From: a virus
Lineage: Duplodnaviria; Caudoviricetes
DNA length: 35,259 bases
IMG/VR virus record: IMGVR_UViG_3300010376_000088
Coordinates: 1-35,259 of that record
Strand: one strand, 5' to 3'
Shown: piece after piece, positions 34,347-35,259 of the stretch
Layout of the letters: each line of letters begins with the position of its first letter
Position numbering within the stretch: the stretch's first letter is position 1
Made by a program: the position numbers and the translations under genes
The notes under the pieces: model-generated
The model's database searches: none
What the model was told of the DNA's origin: nothing
The model's input: the letters and a program-made list of their open reading frames with translations, nothing else

Positions 34347-35173
34347 TCGAGCATCTGGCGATCGACCTGCCCGCCGGCACCGTGACCGTGCGCGAGGTCG
34401 GCGACGTCTGGCAGTCGGAGCAGACGTTCGACCTCGACGACCCGCGGGCCTTCGAGGCGATCTCGATCGCCTGGCTGCGCTGCGCCTGGGACGTCAAGCA
34501 CCAGTGGTCGTACAGCTGGTTCGGCCGCCCGATCATCCAGCTGCCCGAGGACATGTTCCGCGTCCAGGAGCTCGTCTGGCGGCTGCGCCCGGACGTCATC
34601 CTCGAGACGGGCGTCGCCCACGGCGGCTCGCTCGTCTTCTACGCCTCGCTCTGCAAGGCGCTCGGCCACGGCCGCGTCATCGGCGTCGAGCTGCCGCGCA
34701 GCCCGGACCTCGACCACCGCGACGCGATCATGCAGCACCCGCTCGCCGACTACATCACGCTCATCCACGGCGACTCGATCGCGGCCGACGTCGTCGACCG
34801 CGTCTACGACGACATCGGCGTCCCGCGCATAGGTGCTCAACCGCACGCGCCGCCGACCGTGCTGCTGCTGCTCGACTCCGACCACAGCCGCTCGCACGTC
34901 ATCTCCGAACTCGTCGCCTACGGCCCGCTCGTCACGCCGGGCTCGTACGCGATCGTGCAGGACGGCTTCATCCAGTCACTCGTCGCCCGCACGCACGGCC
35001 CACGCGCGAACCCGGACTGGGCGACGAACAATGCGCTCGTCGGCGCCCGCGCCTTCGTCGCCGCCAACGCCGACGACTGGGCGATCGGCCCGCCCGACCC
35101 GCCCTTCGACGAGGGCGTCGCGCCCCACTCGGCGACCCACTTCACCGGCGGCTGGCTGCGCCGCCTCCGCTGA
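34304..35173 (+). CDS. CmcI-family (cephalosporin hydroxylase / rhamnosyl O-methyltransferase-like) SAM-dependent methyltransferase; start uncertain
   Basis: YSWFGRPIIQLPEDM...QELVWRLRPDVILETGVAHGGSL...GDS...LDSDHSRSHV...ELVAYGPLVTPGSYAIVQD. Confidence 0.88.
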   Translation: MNLDSDRVAAEPGQLEHLAIDLPAGTVTVREVGDVWQSEQTFDLDDPRAFEAISIAWLRCAWDVKHQWSYSWFGRPIIQLPEDMFRVQELVWRLRPDVILETGVAHGGSLVFYASLCKALGHGRVIGVELPRSPDLDHRDAIMQHPLADYITLIHGDSIAADVVDRVYDDIGVPRIGAQPHAPPTVLLLLDSDHSRSHVISELVAYGPLVTPGSYAIVQDGFIQSLVARTHGPRANPDWATNNALVGARAFVAANADDWAIGPPDPPFDEGVAPHSATHFTGGWLRRLR

Positions 35174-35259
35174 CAGCGCACACGCCCGAGCGCTCGCCGG
35201 ACACACCGCTCGCCCGCGGTTTTTCCAGTTTTTTTCGCGGGGCGCGGGGTTGTGGGTCA

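Larger units (their letters stand above)
1..35259. mobile_element. Temperate myovirus-type phage (non-integrated form: attP intact), possibly incomplete at the left edge
   Basis: Full head, contractile tail, lysis, int/xis and replication modules; phage-like coupled small ORFs on both sides of attP; no host housekeeping genes. Confidence 0.95.

Overview
The whole window is a high-GC (Actinomycetota-like, by inference) temperate phage with a contractile tail, almost all on the minus strand. From right to left: a divergent promoter region (~34.1-34.2 kb); a ~650-nt structured non-coding leader; an early arm (AAA/RepA-type helicase, Ku, LigD-type ligase, RarA C-terminal protein, orphan ParB); a terminator; a late arm (HNH, terminase, portal, scaffold, capsid, sheath/tube, frameshifted tail chaperone, tape measure, baseplate, collagen spike, fibre, amidase endolysin, holin); then xis and a tyrosine integrase. 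An intact attP (tRNA-Thr(GGT) 3' half between arm repeats) lies inside the 3' end of int. No CI-like repressor is visible. The best candidate for a new system is RNA-based. A promoter-driven two-stem-loop RNA at ~34218-34346 (+) has one loop complementary to a GAUCCGAGUC box plus the Shine-Dalgarno sequence of five conserved structured leaders, each heading a block of early genes. Its other loop is complementary to the predicted 5' end of the early transcript. Two further dispersed DNA motif families (a parS-like palindrome and a 52-bp inverted half-site cassette) and a membrane-anchored Xis-like HTH protein complete an unusual regulatory layout. Gene calls come from motif recognition and synteny only; no searches were run.
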